Virus record (IMG/VR): IMGVR_UViG_3300017759_003727
Coordinates: 12,074-76,073 of that record
Length of the DNA: 64,000 nt
DNA from: a virus
Reading direction: 5' to 3' (one strand)
In this document: piece by piece, positions 28,480 to 38,247 of the stretch
Position numbering within the stretch: position 1 is the stretch's first letter
How the letters are laid out: the number at the start of each line of letters is the position of its first letter
Program-made: the position numbers and the translations under genes
Notes under the pieces: generated by a model
Databases searched by the model: none
What the model was told of the DNA's origin: nothing
Seen by the model: the letters and a program-made list of their open reading frames with translations, nothing else

Positions 28480-28956
28480 CTATATTAACAAATCTTTAAT
28501 TAAAATGTTATAACAGTCGGATTTAAATTTCCATTTGCCGTTCCCCTTAGGATCTATCTGACCTTTCTTGCCGAAAGTAGCTTTATCATAGAAGTCTTTC
28601 TTTTTCATAAAGCCATAAACGTACACTATAGTGTTTGATTCATTAACACCAACAAAGCAATAAGCATCACATTTTTGTTTTGTATTGTAGTCGGAAACAT
28701 TTAAATTCCAATTTTCATTGGGGGCAAATTGATCGGAGAATTTTTTTGTTTTTATATCTATTTTATAATCTTTAATTATTGTGTCATAATCATAAGTATT
28801 TTCTCCGCTTCCTTTGTATGCGTCTTTTACTATGATCTCACCAACAGCGCCTGCTAAATTACCTTCTCCTTTGGTAATGCTGTTATTCAACTCTTTAAAA
28901 TCAAAAAGCTTTTTAGCTCTTTCTAGTTGCGATTCTGTAACTAAGAATTTTTTCAT
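28480..28956 (-). CDS. PD-(D/E)XK restriction-like endonuclease
   Basis: AGAVGEIIV...YDYD...KIDIKTK. Confidence 0.6.
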   Translation of the reverse strand: MKKFLVTESQLERAKKLFDFKELNNSITKGEGNLAGAVGEIIVKDAYKGSGENTYDYDTIIKDYKIDIKTKKFSDQFAPNENWNLNVSDYNTKQKCDAYCFVGVNESNTIVYVYGFMKKKDFYDKATFGKKGQIDPKGNGKWKFKSDCYNILIKDLLI

Positions 28957-29942
28957 TTATGTTTGGGGCATCCTCCGTAATGTTTGATTGAATGACTACC
29001 TCCTTCGGGAACCATATTTTTTTCAAATTCGTCTTGGAAGCATGATGAATGAAACTCCCCTTCTTCGTTTAAAATTGTCACATACCAAAAATCAAATTTA
29101 TATGGACAGTGCCACATTAGTGAACCATCTTTTTTAAGTTGACCTTTTTCTTTGGCAAATCCACATTGTAACTTACCCCCAAAAGAACCGTCATCTGGAA
29201 AACCTTTATCCGCTGCGAAATTAGATTTAGCATCTCGTTCATTAAAATTTTCTAAATATTCTTGTATTGAAGCTAACTGCATTTCAAAACCTTCTAAGTC
29301 ATCATCGTCAATTGGCTTCATTTTCATTAATCCGTTTTTCTTTAAATCAAATTTTAAAAACATAAACTCTGATGTTCGATTAACATATTCTGGAAATAAA
29401 TGACTAACAGCTAAACAATACATATAATCTTGAAGATTGTCTTCTTTCTCTTTCCCTTCAAACATTTTTTTACTAGTTTTATAGTCTCGTATAATTGCAA
29501 TCTTTTTATCTTTATACAAAAACAACTGGTCTATAAATCCTCTTATATGATAACCATTTTTTTCTATATCAAAATCTAACTCTGCGTGAGCTTCATCTGG
29601 TATACCTAAATCTTCTCCATGAAAGTTGCAACTCAAACCATTGAGAATCATTTGTTTGATAAGTGTCATATTATCTTCATCTGTAACACCAAGCTCTGTG
29701 GCGTCAGACATAATTAATTCTTCTACTGATTTAGAGGCAAAAGGGTCTTTGGCTTTTACTATCTTATTGAACTGAGTTTTGGTTTTTTGTTTTGACAAAA
29801 ATTCAAAAACATTATGACAAACAGTACCACGACGAGCGCCATCATTATTAGTATCTGGTAATTTTTGTTTGTATTTGTTCCAGTATATCCAACTGCAGGA
29901 TTGCGCTGTCTTAATACGACTTGCTGATAGTTTAACTTCCAT
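28953..29942 (-). CDS. PD-(D/E)XK exonuclease (RecB/Cas4-like)
   Basis: LSASRIKTAQSC; GTVCHNVFE; IRGFIDQL...IRDYKTSK; LQDYMY; C-terminal cysteines. Confidence 0.85.
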   Translation of the reverse strand: MEVKLSASRIKTAQSCSWIYWNKYKQKLPDTNNDGARRGTVCHNVFEFLSKQKTKTQFNKIVKAKDPFASKSVEELIMSDATELGVTDEDNMTLIKQMILNGLSCNFHGEDLGIPDEAHAELDFDIEKNGYHIRGFIDQLFLYKDKKIAIIRDYKTSKKMFEGKEKEDNLQDYMYCLAVSHLFPEYVNRTSEFMFLKFDLKKNGLMKMKPIDDDDLEGFEMQLASIQEYLENFNERDAKSNFAADKGFPDDGSFGGKLQCGFAKEKGQLKKDGSLMWHCPYKFDFWYVTILNEEGEFHSSCFQDEFEKNMVPEGGSHSIKHYGGCPKHK

Positions 29943-30978
29943 TTTTTAAAATTTTTATTAATTTTTTGCAGTGTGTATTTTTTTTGAGTTGGTCATTTTG
30001 GTTTATTTGTTTGAGTATATATTCTTGAAATTTTTGATCGCCCATGCACCACTTATCTTTTCGTTCATACCACTGACCAAACGAATTATTTAATCCTGTA
30101 TCATGTTGAAGCATATCTCCAAAATCATTATCCAATGGTGGATTAATTTTAATTAAAGAAAGATCAAAAACCGTAGCGAGTTTAGCTGCATTTTTTATTG
30201 AAGCCATAGCACCAGAGTTTAACTCTTTGCTATTATCGTTGTTTGTGGCGATAATAATTCTTTCTAAATTAAAAGAATTCAAATAAGAAATTAATTTTGT
30301 TGAGGCATCCAATCCCGCCAACATCAAAACATTTTTAAAACCAGCTTCGTGCAAAGCCATACAATCACCAATACTCTCTACCAATATAACTTCGCTAGTT
30401 TCGTCTATAGTTTTGTAGGCAAGATGGTGTGGGTATACCCAATTATTTTTACGACCCATGTGTTTCCATTTAGGAATATTATCTGCTTCAACAACTGTTC
30501 TGCCAGAAAACCCGTGTTTCTGATTGTCTAAATTGTAAATAGGAAAAACTACCCTCCGATACATTTTGCCTCCACCAGCATAACCACATTTAAACAACTT
30601 TTGTGTTTCTTGTGAGATGCCTTTTTTCTCATAGAAATTATACATTGGTAAAAGCTTACTTAGTTGTGATTCGGGGTATACTTTTTCCATTTCTATTTTT
30701 TCTTGCTTTGGTTCGTTTGGTTTGTATTCTGTAGGGCTGTCTACCAAATACTCTTTAAGAATATTAAAGTCTTCTGTCTTGAGAGTTTCCTTAACTAAAG
30801 CGTTGAATGGCTTGGCTTGATTGTCGCCACCAAAGTCTTTCCATACTCCAGTATCTTTATATATAATAACAGAAGTTTGAGTTTTTCCATTTCTATATAT
30901 AGCACGAGTTCTCCAATGATTTCCGCAGTCTTGAAGATTATACCCAAGTTTTTCTAATTTATCTCTATAGGTCATCAA
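29932..30978 (-). CDS. dnaG: DNA primase (Toprim)
   Basis: RVVFPIYN...GFSGRT...KWK; VILVESIGD; IIATNND; adjacent to dnaB. Confidence 0.8.
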   Translation of the reverse strand: MMTYRDKLEKLGYNLQDCGNHWRTRAIYRNGKTQTSVIIYKDTGVWKDFGGDNQAKPFNALVKETLKTEDFNILKEYLVDSPTEYKPNEPKQEKIEMEKVYPESQLSKLLPMYNFYEKKGISQETQKLFKCGYAGGGKMYRRVVFPIYNLDNQKHGFSGRTVVEADNIPKWKHMGRKNNWVYPHHLAYKTIDETSEVILVESIGDCMALHEAGFKNVLMLAGLDASTKLISYLNSFNLERIIIATNNDNSKELNSGAMASIKNAAKLATVFDLSLIKINPPLDNDFGDMLQHDTGLNNSFGQWYERKDKWCMGDQKFQEYILKQINQNDQLKKNTHCKKLIKILKNGS

Positions 30979-32485
30979 ATGAAGGTAGGTCGTTTTGTTC
31001 TGTACTAATTAACTCTCCACCGCTATCTCGGAAAGCAACAATATCCCTAAGATCTCCGCACTCAGTTATATTAAAATTCTTAAACTCTAAATTTAAAAAA
31101 TTCTTTCTTAAGTTGTCTCCAACTTGTACGGGTTCACAAGCACCTGCAATATCTTTACCTAAGTGTCGAGCTTTTACGTTTACTAACTTATGAGTCCCAA
31201 AGTGCGAACCTTCATCAGCCATCTCGTCATGGGTTTTTTGACGCAAAATAAACATATGGGAACAAAATTGTGTGATTCGGTCTGATAGAGAAACAATAGA
31301 TTCATCGTCTACAATATTTTGAGCATTACGATTTGTGGTAATACCACTACGATTAGATTGAACCGAAGTAATCATTGGGATAACAGGAGCGCCATCTTCT
31401 AGTATTTCTTTTTGAATACATTTTTTAAATTTGTCTACCATTTCACCAACGAGTTGCCATTCATTTTTGTTTCCGCTGATTCCGTCTGATGACGTCTTAA
31501 TATAATCAAAAGAGAAAACCATATTGTTGCCACGACCTACTTGAGAATAATAAAATCTTTTTAAGGTATTTATCATAGAATCAACATCCATTCCACCGAC
31601 ATTATAGTAATAAAATTTAAGCTTTTTGATTTTATTCCATACAGAGCGAACTTTATTCACGGTATCTTCTCCCGCTTGTCGCCACTTACCACTCTCTAAT
31701 AAATGAGATGGAACTCCAGACATCGCGGCACATTGACGGATAATAAGTTCCTCTTTACTCATCTCTCCGTTATCAAAATGCAAAACAGGAACATCATATT
31801 TTTCCGCTACTCTGGTTGCATAGTGCATACAGAACTGTGTTTTACCAACGCCAGAGCGAGCCACAATAACTGTAATATTTCCTGGACGTAATAAGGAGCC
31901 ATATATCTCGTTTGTCTTTGGGTGTGGACCCATCATGCCAAACTCTTCAATAGGATTGTTACCACGCTCCTCGATAAAATCCTCCATCTCTTCGTAAATA
32001 TTTAGTGGTACATCATCACCCACTTCAAATAAGTTTATCTTCTCATTGTAAATTTCATCTGCTGTTTCAATAATTTTCAGATAGGGTACGTCCGTATTAA
32101 TAGACTTCATCTGTTCTGATAACTTTTCTGCCGTGCTGGATATTTCTCTACGGACAGTAAGTTTTTTAAGTTCTTGTACTGAGGATTTTAATTTAGCCTC
32201 AGAATGTATCTTTCGCATTGATAGCGACTTGACGTAATCAAGAATATTTATATCTTCTTCAAACTTAATTCCTAAGTCTTTGATTCTCTGCACTAAAACA
32301 ACCTCATCAATGCTTTCGTTTTTTTCAGAAGCATTCCGTAGAATAATAAATAATGTTTTGTGCAATAGGGATCTTTTGTCGTAAAAGTCTTTTTCGTTAA
32401 TCACCGAAAGGAAATCTACAAAAGCTTGAGGCTTTTGTATAAATGCGGCTAAGACTTGTTTTTCAATTTCGTAGCTATAAATCAT
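30965..32485 (-). CDS. dnaB: Replicative DNA helicase
   Basis: EKQVLAAF N-terminus; ARSGVGKT; FDNGEMSKEEL; FDYIK; SVQSNRSG. Confidence 0.92.
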   Translation of the reverse strand: MIYSYEIEKQVLAAFIQKPQAFVDFLSVINEKDFYDKRSLLHKTLFIILRNASEKNESIDEVVLVQRIKDLGIKFEEDINILDYVKSLSMRKIHSEAKLKSSVQELKKLTVRREISSTAEKLSEQMKSINTDVPYLKIIETADEIYNEKINLFEVGDDVPLNIYEEMEDFIEERGNNPIEEFGMMGPHPKTNEIYGSLLRPGNITVIVARSGVGKTQFCMHYATRVAEKYDVPVLHFDNGEMSKEELIIRQCAAMSGVPSHLLESGKWRQAGEDTVNKVRSVWNKIKKLKFYYYNVGGMDVDSMINTLKRFYYSQVGRGNNMVFSFDYIKTSSDGISGNKNEWQLVGEMVDKFKKCIQKEILEDGAPVIPMITSVQSNRSGITTNRNAQNIVDDESIVSLSDRITQFCSHMFILRQKTHDEMADEGSHFGTHKLVNVKARHLGKDIAGACEPVQVGDNLRKNFLNLEFKNFNITECGDLRDIVAFRDSGGELISTEQNDLPSFDDL

Positions 32486-32492
32486 ATGACCT

Positions 32493-32520
32493 ATAGTGCA
32501 TAAAATATTTAAAATGTCAA
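32493..32520 (-). promoter_or_regulatory. Sigma70-type promoter TTGACA-N16-CACTAT
   Basis: -10-like hexamer ends 7 nt before the dnaB ATG. Confidence 0.5.
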
Positions 32521-32780
32521 CCGTTTTCTTCTAAATCTTCGTTTATTTCGTAGGGTTCGCCTTCTGCTTCTGTTAAATAAGTCTCTAACGCTTTAGCTAA
32601 AGCATATTCTGTGACCTGTGTGTCGCATTTTGTGTATACAATAGGGTCTCCATTTTCTGTAGAATAAGCTATTATAAAACCCTTATACGCTTCTGATGCT
32701 CCAGATAGCTCATATAATTTATCCAAAACTTTTTTAGGTAATTCAAAATCTTTGAATCTCGGATCGTTCTTCATACTCAT
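32517..32780 (-). CDS. Hypothetical protein (late-promoter class)
   Basis: 87 aa; GTGTAA 8 nt upstream. Confidence 0.7.
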   Translation of the reverse strand: MSMKNDPRFKDFELPKKVLDKLYELSGASEAYKGFIIAYSTENGDPIVYTKCDTQVTEYALAKALETYLTEAEGEPYEINEDLEENG

Positions 32781-32795
32781 ATCTATATTTACACT

Positions 32796-33197
32796 TTAGC
32801 CTAAAAGCTTTGAAAAATATTCTTCAGATAGTTCATCATCTGGGTATATAAGCAGGAGTTCTATGTTATTTAGCTCACAAAAGTCCATTTTTTTATCATC
32901 TCTGCGTAATTGTCTAACAAAATTAGCCCTAGTTTTGTGAAAATGCTTAACAAACTTTAAATGTTGAGCTCCTTGTACTTCTATAGCTATTTTTCTACTA
33001 TGATTATAAAAATCTAAAGAAAGTTGTGTGCCAGCTACTTTAAACTCTTCATATACAGCATCATATCTCCAATGTTTATATAAGTATTTTCTTACTTCTG
33101 CTTGAAATTTGCTACGACATTTACCGTTCCACTTGATTTTGTACCTATGTGGATTTCTAATTGGTTTTTCTTTGCCGTATAGAGTAATAAATTTCAT
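32796..33197 (-). CDS. Vsr/DUF559-like endonuclease
   Basis: LSLDFYNHSRKIAIEVQGAQH...RRDDKKMDFCELNNIELL. Confidence 0.75.
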   Translation of the reverse strand: MKFITLYGKEKPIRNPHRYKIKWNGKCRSKFQAEVRKYLYKHWRYDAVYEEFKVAGTQLSLDFYNHSRKIAIEVQGAQHLKFVKHFHKTRANFVRQLRRDDKKMDFCELNNIELLLIYPDDELSEEYFSKLLG

Positions 33198-33240
33198 AAT
33201 AAAAAAGCCCTCACTTATAATAGAGAGGGCTTTGTTTTTT
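33198..33240. terminator. Rho-independent terminator (possibly bidirectional) downstream of the porin gene
   Basis: AAAGCCCTC...GAGGGCTTT stem flanked by an A-tract and a T-tract. Confidence 0.8.
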
Positions 33241-33254
33241 TCAAGTTAATTAAC

Positions 33255-33965
33255 TTAAAAGTTGAGGGCTACGCCAAAATCAGCTGTTTCTTCCCAATCA
33301 CCATTAGTGCCTTGAGCTGTATTTAAATCATTATTAAGATAATTTAAATTAGCAAATACAGTCAAATGGTCTATTGTTGTTTGCACGCCAATTGTAGCTA
33401 ATGTATAAGTATAATCTACATCATATTGAAATGATTGACCATACTCTAAGCTAACTGCAACTAAAAAGTGCTCAGTAATGTCTAGGTCTGTTCCTACTGC
33501 GATATCTGCTGTATATTGACCTTCTTCTTCTGTTGTGACAGAAAGAATAGAATCAATACCAAACAAATCAACAGCATAAGAACTTACTAGCTCGTAAGCA
33601 TTTTCTCCATCAATAGAAGTAATTAACAGTTCCGTGCCGATATCACCAATGAAAGTAGAAAAAACAGTACCAACAGTACCATATAACTCTTCTTCATCAG
33701 CTTTTACTTGCTCGATTGAACTAACAAGCGATAAGCCACCAATTACTCCTAATTCTGAAGACGCTTTAACATAATCAGCGTCTGCAGATCCGTAAAGCCC
33801 GCCATCAATACGTTTTTCGTAGTTACCTACTTCAACGTCGATATCCCATGACTTTACCGTTTCAGTGATTTCTTGCGCTTCAGCTTTTCCTCCGAAAAGG
33901 AAGAAAGCCGCGATAGCCGCGACAACAAGTCCCACTTTAATTTTATTTTTCTTTAGTATTTCCAT
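33255..33965 (-). CDS. Outer-membrane beta-barrel protein (TorF/Gcw_chp-like putative porin)
   Basis: Signal peptide KKNKIKVGLVVAAIAAFFLFGGKAEA; alternating beta-strand pattern; ends FGVALNF; AGGAGG at 33978-33983. Confidence 0.75.
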   Translation of the reverse strand: MEILKKNKIKVGLVVAAIAAFFLFGGKAEAQEITETVKSWDIDVEVGNYEKRIDGGLYGSADADYVKASSELGVIGGLSLVSSIEQVKADEEELYGTVGTVFSTFIGDIGTELLITSIDGENAYELVSSYAVDLFGIDSILSVTTEEEGQYTADIAVGTDLDITEHFLVAVSLEYGQSFQYDVDYTYTLATIGVQTTIDHLTVFANLNYLNNDLNTAQGTNGDWEETADFGVALNF

Positions 33966-34002
33966 AACTTTTATTAACCTCCTACTGAGAGATTGAATAT
34001 AA

Positions 34003-35115
34003 TTACACAAGTTCTCCAATATTGGATTTAAAATAATTTATTAAAAATTTAGAAAGCTCTTCATTTTCTTCTACCATTTTAAACAAATTAGCTTCTCCTT
34101 GAACTTTCTCTGGTAGCTCTGAAGCTACTTCCGCTACAAGTTCTTTAAATTCTTCTCCAATAGTAATCCAAGCACCTTTTTTGGTGACAAATTCCCACAT
34201 ATACAATAAGTCAACAAGCTCTTTCTCTACCCAAATAGACTTACCGCCAACTCTACCATATCTGATTGGATACATAATAGTGTTATTAGTTTTTTCGTTT
34301 GGAGATTTTTTAATAGTAACTTTAGCCCAATGACCAATAATTGGATTGGTTTTGGGGTCTGGTTGTTTTTTGGTTGGATCTTGTAGAATCATATCTGACT
34401 TAAATCTAGGCTCAAACTCCATAATGTAATTAGCAAAGTGTAATAATGCATTACCGCCTGTTGCTGACGTTTGACGTATCGGAGCTTTGGAGTATGGGTC
34501 TAGTTTGATGTCTGCCCTCACTTGACTGATGAAAATGGCCATATGGCCCCTTTTTGCAAGAGATATTGACATTCTCTTCATAAAATTAGCTGCAATAACT
34601 GCTCCACCAGCTACTTTATTTGAATCATAGAAGGATTTATCTATATCTACTTGCGATATTAAGCCATCAACAGAGTCTAAAACAAAACAGTATTTAAATT
34701 TATCTTCATTTTGCTCTACTAGAGTCTTAATGCCGTCAACAACCACTTCATAAATATTACTTTCAAATACGAAACAAGTACCAGCAACCCATTGTTTTGC
34801 GTCATATACAAACTTAATGCCAGATCTAGCTACCATTTCATTGGATAAACGACCTTCAGCTTTGATATAAAAGCCTTTTGCATCTTTTTGTGTATTTAGC
34901 ATGTTCTTCATGACCTCTAATGCTGCTGATGTTTTACCACCTTCATTCATTCCGACAAACCTGTGTAACCCTGGCCCGAATCCGCCATTTAGGTTTAAAT
35001 CAAGCTGAAGCGATCCGCTTGATGCTTTATAATCAACTGATTCCTCAAAGTTGTAATGTTGTCCCTTTTTATCTTTTAGGAACTTGTCTAGTATTTCTGA
35101 ATCTTTATCACTCAT
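34003..35115 (-). CDS. recA: RecA/UvsX-like recombinase
   Basis: SSGSLQLDLNLNGG; GMNEGGKT; YIKAEGRL; VLDSVDGL; ISQVR; TGGNALLHFA. Confidence 0.9.
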   Translation of the reverse strand: MSDKDSEILDKFLKDKKGQHYNFEESVDYKASSGSLQLDLNLNGGFGPGLHRFVGMNEGGKTSAALEVMKNMLNTQKDAKGFYIKAEGRLSNEMVARSGIKFVYDAKQWVAGTCFVFESNIYEVVVDGIKTLVEQNEDKFKYCFVLDSVDGLISQVDIDKSFYDSNKVAGGAVIAANFMKRMSISLAKRGHMAIFISQVRADIKLDPYSKAPIRQTSATGGNALLHFANYIMEFEPRFKSDMILQDPTKKQPDPKTNPIIGHWAKVTIKKSPNEKTNNTIMYPIRYGRVGGKSIWVEKELVDLLYMWEFVTKKGAWITIGEEFKELVAEVASELPEKVQGEANLFKMVEENEELSKFLINYFKSNIGELV

Positions 35116-35459
35116 TTAAATAAATCTTTTGTATTTTTGGGTTTATTATCACTGGAAACATAATCTTTTCCACTTTTATTTCCTATATCATAGGTGTCAT
35201 ATTTAGAAAAGTCAACTTTAAAGTTAAAATTTCTCCACTTTTTATCCATTGTTTCTTTAAGGGCGTCTGATACTAAGTAAGCAAGGCTATCATATTTCTT
35301 CGGAAAAGTCACAATTTGTAAGAATTCTAAAGAATACCTTTCTTCTAGTTTTTTTAAGAACATCATTTCTCTAGACCAAAAAGCTCTTTTGCCATTTTGA
35401 GGTATTTCTACTAATCTGCCTAGTATTTCTTTTTTAGACGTCTGACTTCCTATTTTCAT
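35112..35459 (-). CDS. Hypothetical protein
   Basis: Start MKIGSQ at 35459 lies 7 nt after TTGACA-17-CATAAT. Confidence 0.7.
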   Translation of the reverse strand: MKIGSQTSKKEILGRLVEIPQNGKRAFWSREMMFLKKLEERYSLEFLQIVTFPKKYDSLAYLVSDALKETMDKKWRNFNFKVDFSKYDTYDIGNKSGKDYVSSDNKPKNTKDLFK

Positions 35460-36384
35460 AATCCCAATTATGGTATACATTCAAATTTTTGTCAAGCCTG
35501 TTTTGTAAATAATTTTTACGAAAATCGTCTTTTATTTCCCATTTACCGTGATTTCTATCATGATTGTATTTCAAGGAAGCTTTTGAGTGATTTTGCAATC
35601 TATGCATTAATAAAGATTGTGTATACAAACGAACATTATATTTTTCAGATAAAGCTCTGTGCAAAAGCTCAAAATCTTCTCCTATAATAATATCCTCTCT
35701 GAACTTGCAGTTAACAAATCTATTTACATCAACAACAATTTGACCATAACAAACATTAACACCTGCTTCTTTAAAATATCTATAAATACAGTCGTTTTTA
35801 CCTATTAGGGCTCCTTTTACTCTATTATCCTTTTCTTCAAAGCGTAGGGTTTCTATTTCTAGGCAAGAGGGTTGAGAGGTTCTATTATTACTACATAGCA
35901 ACGAAAATTTGGCAAAGTTAGTAAAAGCTAAACCAGCGTTTCGCCAAGTGTTTTGTTTTTTCACTTCATAAAGGTGTCCGTTTGGCAAAGCAACGTGTTG
36001 TCCATGACAAAAAATATCTAAGTTGTATTTTTTAATACATTTTTTAGCAACCTCCAGTCTTGTGGGATAAGATGCGTCGTCAATATCGCAAAACATAATA
36101 TATTTTGTGTTACAATGTCTGGCAGCATAATTTCTAGAGAAACCAGGATTTTTTCTGTCTTTTACAGATATATATTTTATAGGTATTTCTTTTGCCCGAA
36201 CTCTTATTTTTTTTGGTTTATCATCAAAATAATTTTTAGGTAAACCATTGGCAGAAACTATTAAATGATCAAAAGTTTCAGTTTGAAACGATAAAACATC
36301 TAAAGCCCAATTAAGATAATGAACATCTCTATCGCAACAAGTTATCGCTACCGTATAAGATTCATTATAGTTGTTCAATGTCAT
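35434..36384 (-). CDS. Family 2 glycosyltransferase
   Basis: TVAITCCDRD; GFSRNYAARHCNTKYIMFCDIDD; IGEDFELL. Confidence 0.85.
   Translation of the reverse strand: MTLNNYNESYTVAITCCDRDVHYLNWALDVLSFQTETFDHLIVSANGLPKNYFDDKPKKIRVRAKEIPIKYISVKDRKNPGFSRNYAARHCNTKYIMFCDIDDASYPTRLEVAKKCIKKYNLDIFCHGQHVALPNGHLYEVKKQNTWRNAGLAFTNFAKFSLLCSNNRTSQPSCLEIETLRFEEKDNRVKGALIGKNDCIYRYFKEAGVNVCYGQIVVDVNRFVNCKFREDIIIGEDFELLHRALSEKYNVRLYTQSLLMHRLQNHSKASLKYNHDRNHGKWEIKDDFRKNYLQNRLDKNLNVYHNWDYENRKSDV
35467..35495 (-). promoter_or_regulatory. Sigma70-type promoter TTGACA-N17-CATAAT (recA operon)
   Basis: Near-consensus boxes; embedded in the 3' end of the GT2 gene. Confidence 0.7.
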
Positions 36385-37396
36385 TTGTGATCATCCTGCG
36401 CACTAAAGAATCAAAGGACACAGATTTTTCCCAATTTAAATCTTTTTGAGCTTCCGATGGATCGCCTAATAAAAGCTCTACCTCTGCTGGTCTATAAAAC
36501 TTAGGATTTACTTTAACAACTGGTTTGTCTTTAAAATACAAAACTTCTTCTTCTCCAGAACCAGTCCAGTGATATTCTGCTTCTTTAATTTCTGCATACT
36601 TAAAAGCGAGGTCGACAAATTCTTTTACGGAATGTGTTTCACCAGAAGCGAGAAGATAGTCTTTAGGTTTATCTTCTTTAAGCATTAACCAAACAGCTCT
36701 AACAAAATCTTCTGCATGACTCCAATCTCTTTGTGCTTCTAGGTTACCTAACTCAATTGGCTCAAAACCATTTCCAGATTCTATCGCTTGTTTAATTTTA
36801 GCAATGCCTTTTGTAATTTTTCTTGTTACGAATTCTTCTCCACGACGCTCTGATTCGTGATTAAAAAGATAACCTTGAACGGCAAACAAATCATATGAAT
36901 CTCTCCATACTTTCACAATCTGTCTTGCGGCCACCTTAGATGCACCATAAGGACTACGTGGTCTAGATGGATGTTCCAGATCTTGTGGGCTATAAATTAC
37001 ATCACCAAACTCTTCTGAAGATCCAGCGTTATAATAACGACATTTGGGGCAGTGTTTTCTAATAGATTCTAATTGATGCAAAACTCCCATTGTGTTATTT
37101 TGAAAATGATTGACTGGCATCTTCCAACTCAAACCAACAAAAGAATTAGCTGCAAAGTTAATAAAGTAATCTGGTTTAATTTCTTCGATGCAAGCGTTAA
37201 TACTGTGTTCATCACCTAAATCCATTTCAACTAAATGAAATTTAGGATTAGATTTTAAATGTTCTATATGTTGGTGATTTGGGACACTTAATCTTCGAAT
37301 AGCTCCATAAACTTCTACGTTTGTAAATTTAAGTAAAAACTCGACCATATAAGAGCCGACTTGACCAGTAACACCTGTAACTATAGCTTTTTTCAT
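36365..37396 (-). CDS. gmd: GDP-mannose 4,6-dehydratase
   Basis: VTGVTGQVGSY; NFAANSFV; AGSSEEFG; SPYGASK; LFNHESERRGEEFVTRKIT; RDWSHAED; FYRPAEVELLLGD. Confidence 0.95.
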   Translation of the reverse strand: MKKAIVTGVTGQVGSYMVEFLLKFTNVEVYGAIRRLSVPNHQHIEHLKSNPKFHLVEMDLGDEHSINACIEEIKPDYFINFAANSFVGLSWKMPVNHFQNNTMGVLHQLESIRKHCPKCRYYNAGSSEEFGDVIYSPQDLEHPSRPRSPYGASKVAARQIVKVWRDSYDLFAVQGYLFNHESERRGEEFVTRKITKGIAKIKQAIESGNGFEPIELGNLEAQRDWSHAEDFVRAVWLMLKEDKPKDYLLASGETHSVKEFVDLAFKYAEIKEAEYHWTGSGEEEVLYFKDKPVVKVNPKFYRPAEVELLLGDPSEAQKDLNWEKSVSFDSLVRRMITNDIEQL

Positions 37397-38247
37397 TTTT
37401 TTATAAATTTTTTAATATAATTATCTAAATTTTCTTTAGGAGACCAATCTAAAATTTCTTTTGCTTTAGGGTCAGAACATAAAGTTGAATCATATTCACC
37501 GTCTCTCTGTGGTATATTAATCTTTGGGTAACTTTTTCCAAATAAATTTGCAATTTCATTAATAGAAAAATTATTGCCCCTACCCAATTCAAATATCTCT
37601 GCTTTAAAATTGTGCCCAATACATCTAACTAAACCATCTACTATATCGTTTATGTGAGTAAAGTCTCTTTTCTGTTCTCCTGTGCCTACAATAGTCAAAG
37701 GTTTATTATTCGTGAACTGGTCTTCAAAAATCCCTATTACTGTTGCATATTCTCCAGTTTTCAAGTGATGTGGCCCGTACACATTATAAAATCTACAAAT
37801 AGTGGTATTTAAATTATATACAGAACTATAAAGTTTGCACAACTCTTCTCCTCCATATTTAGACCAAGCATAAGGACTTCCGTATAACCCGTGATGTTTT
37901 GAACTAGAACCAGAGTAAATTACTTGAATATTGTGTTTTCTAGCGTATTCTAAAACGCTCAAAGTACCCATAAAATTATTTTTAATAAAAAGTTCTGGTT
38001 GGGTTAATGATGGTTGTATTCTTGCTAAAGCGGCCAAATGATATATCAAATCTACCTTACCGAAAGTTTTATCAAAATCTATTTGATTTATTTCTCCTTC
38101 GATATATTCGCATCCAGGTTGATGATTTGCTTTGTAACCAGTTGAATAATTATCTAAAGATATAACTTCGTGGTTTTCTTTTAATAGTCGTTTTATTAAA
38201 TTTGTGCCCACAAAACCTGCACCACCTGTAACTAAAATTCTTTTCAT
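37393..38247 (-). CDS. NAD-dependent nucleotide-sugar epimerase/dehydratase
   Basis: TGGAGFVG; YHLAA; SPYAWSK; RFYNVYGP; RDFTHIND. Confidence 0.92.
   Translation of the reverse strand: MKRILVTGGAGFVGTNLIKRLLKENHEVISLDNYSTGYKANHQPGCEYIEGEINQIDFDKTFGKVDLIYHLAALARIQPSLTQPELFIKNNFMGTLSVLEYARKHNIQVIYSGSSSKHHGLYGSPYAWSKYGGEELCKLYSSVYNLNTTICRFYNVYGPHHLKTGEYATVIGIFEDQFTNNKPLTIVGTGEQKRDFTHINDIVDGLVRCIGHNFKAEIFELGRGNNFSINEIANLFGKSYPKINIPQRDGEYDSTLCSDPKAKEILDWSPKENLDNYIKKFIKK

Noticed and set aside
28953-29942. Cas4-like nuclease as a sign of CRISPR-Cas
   Set aside because: No repeat-spacer array or other cas genes; typical phage RecB-like exonuclease in a replication operon
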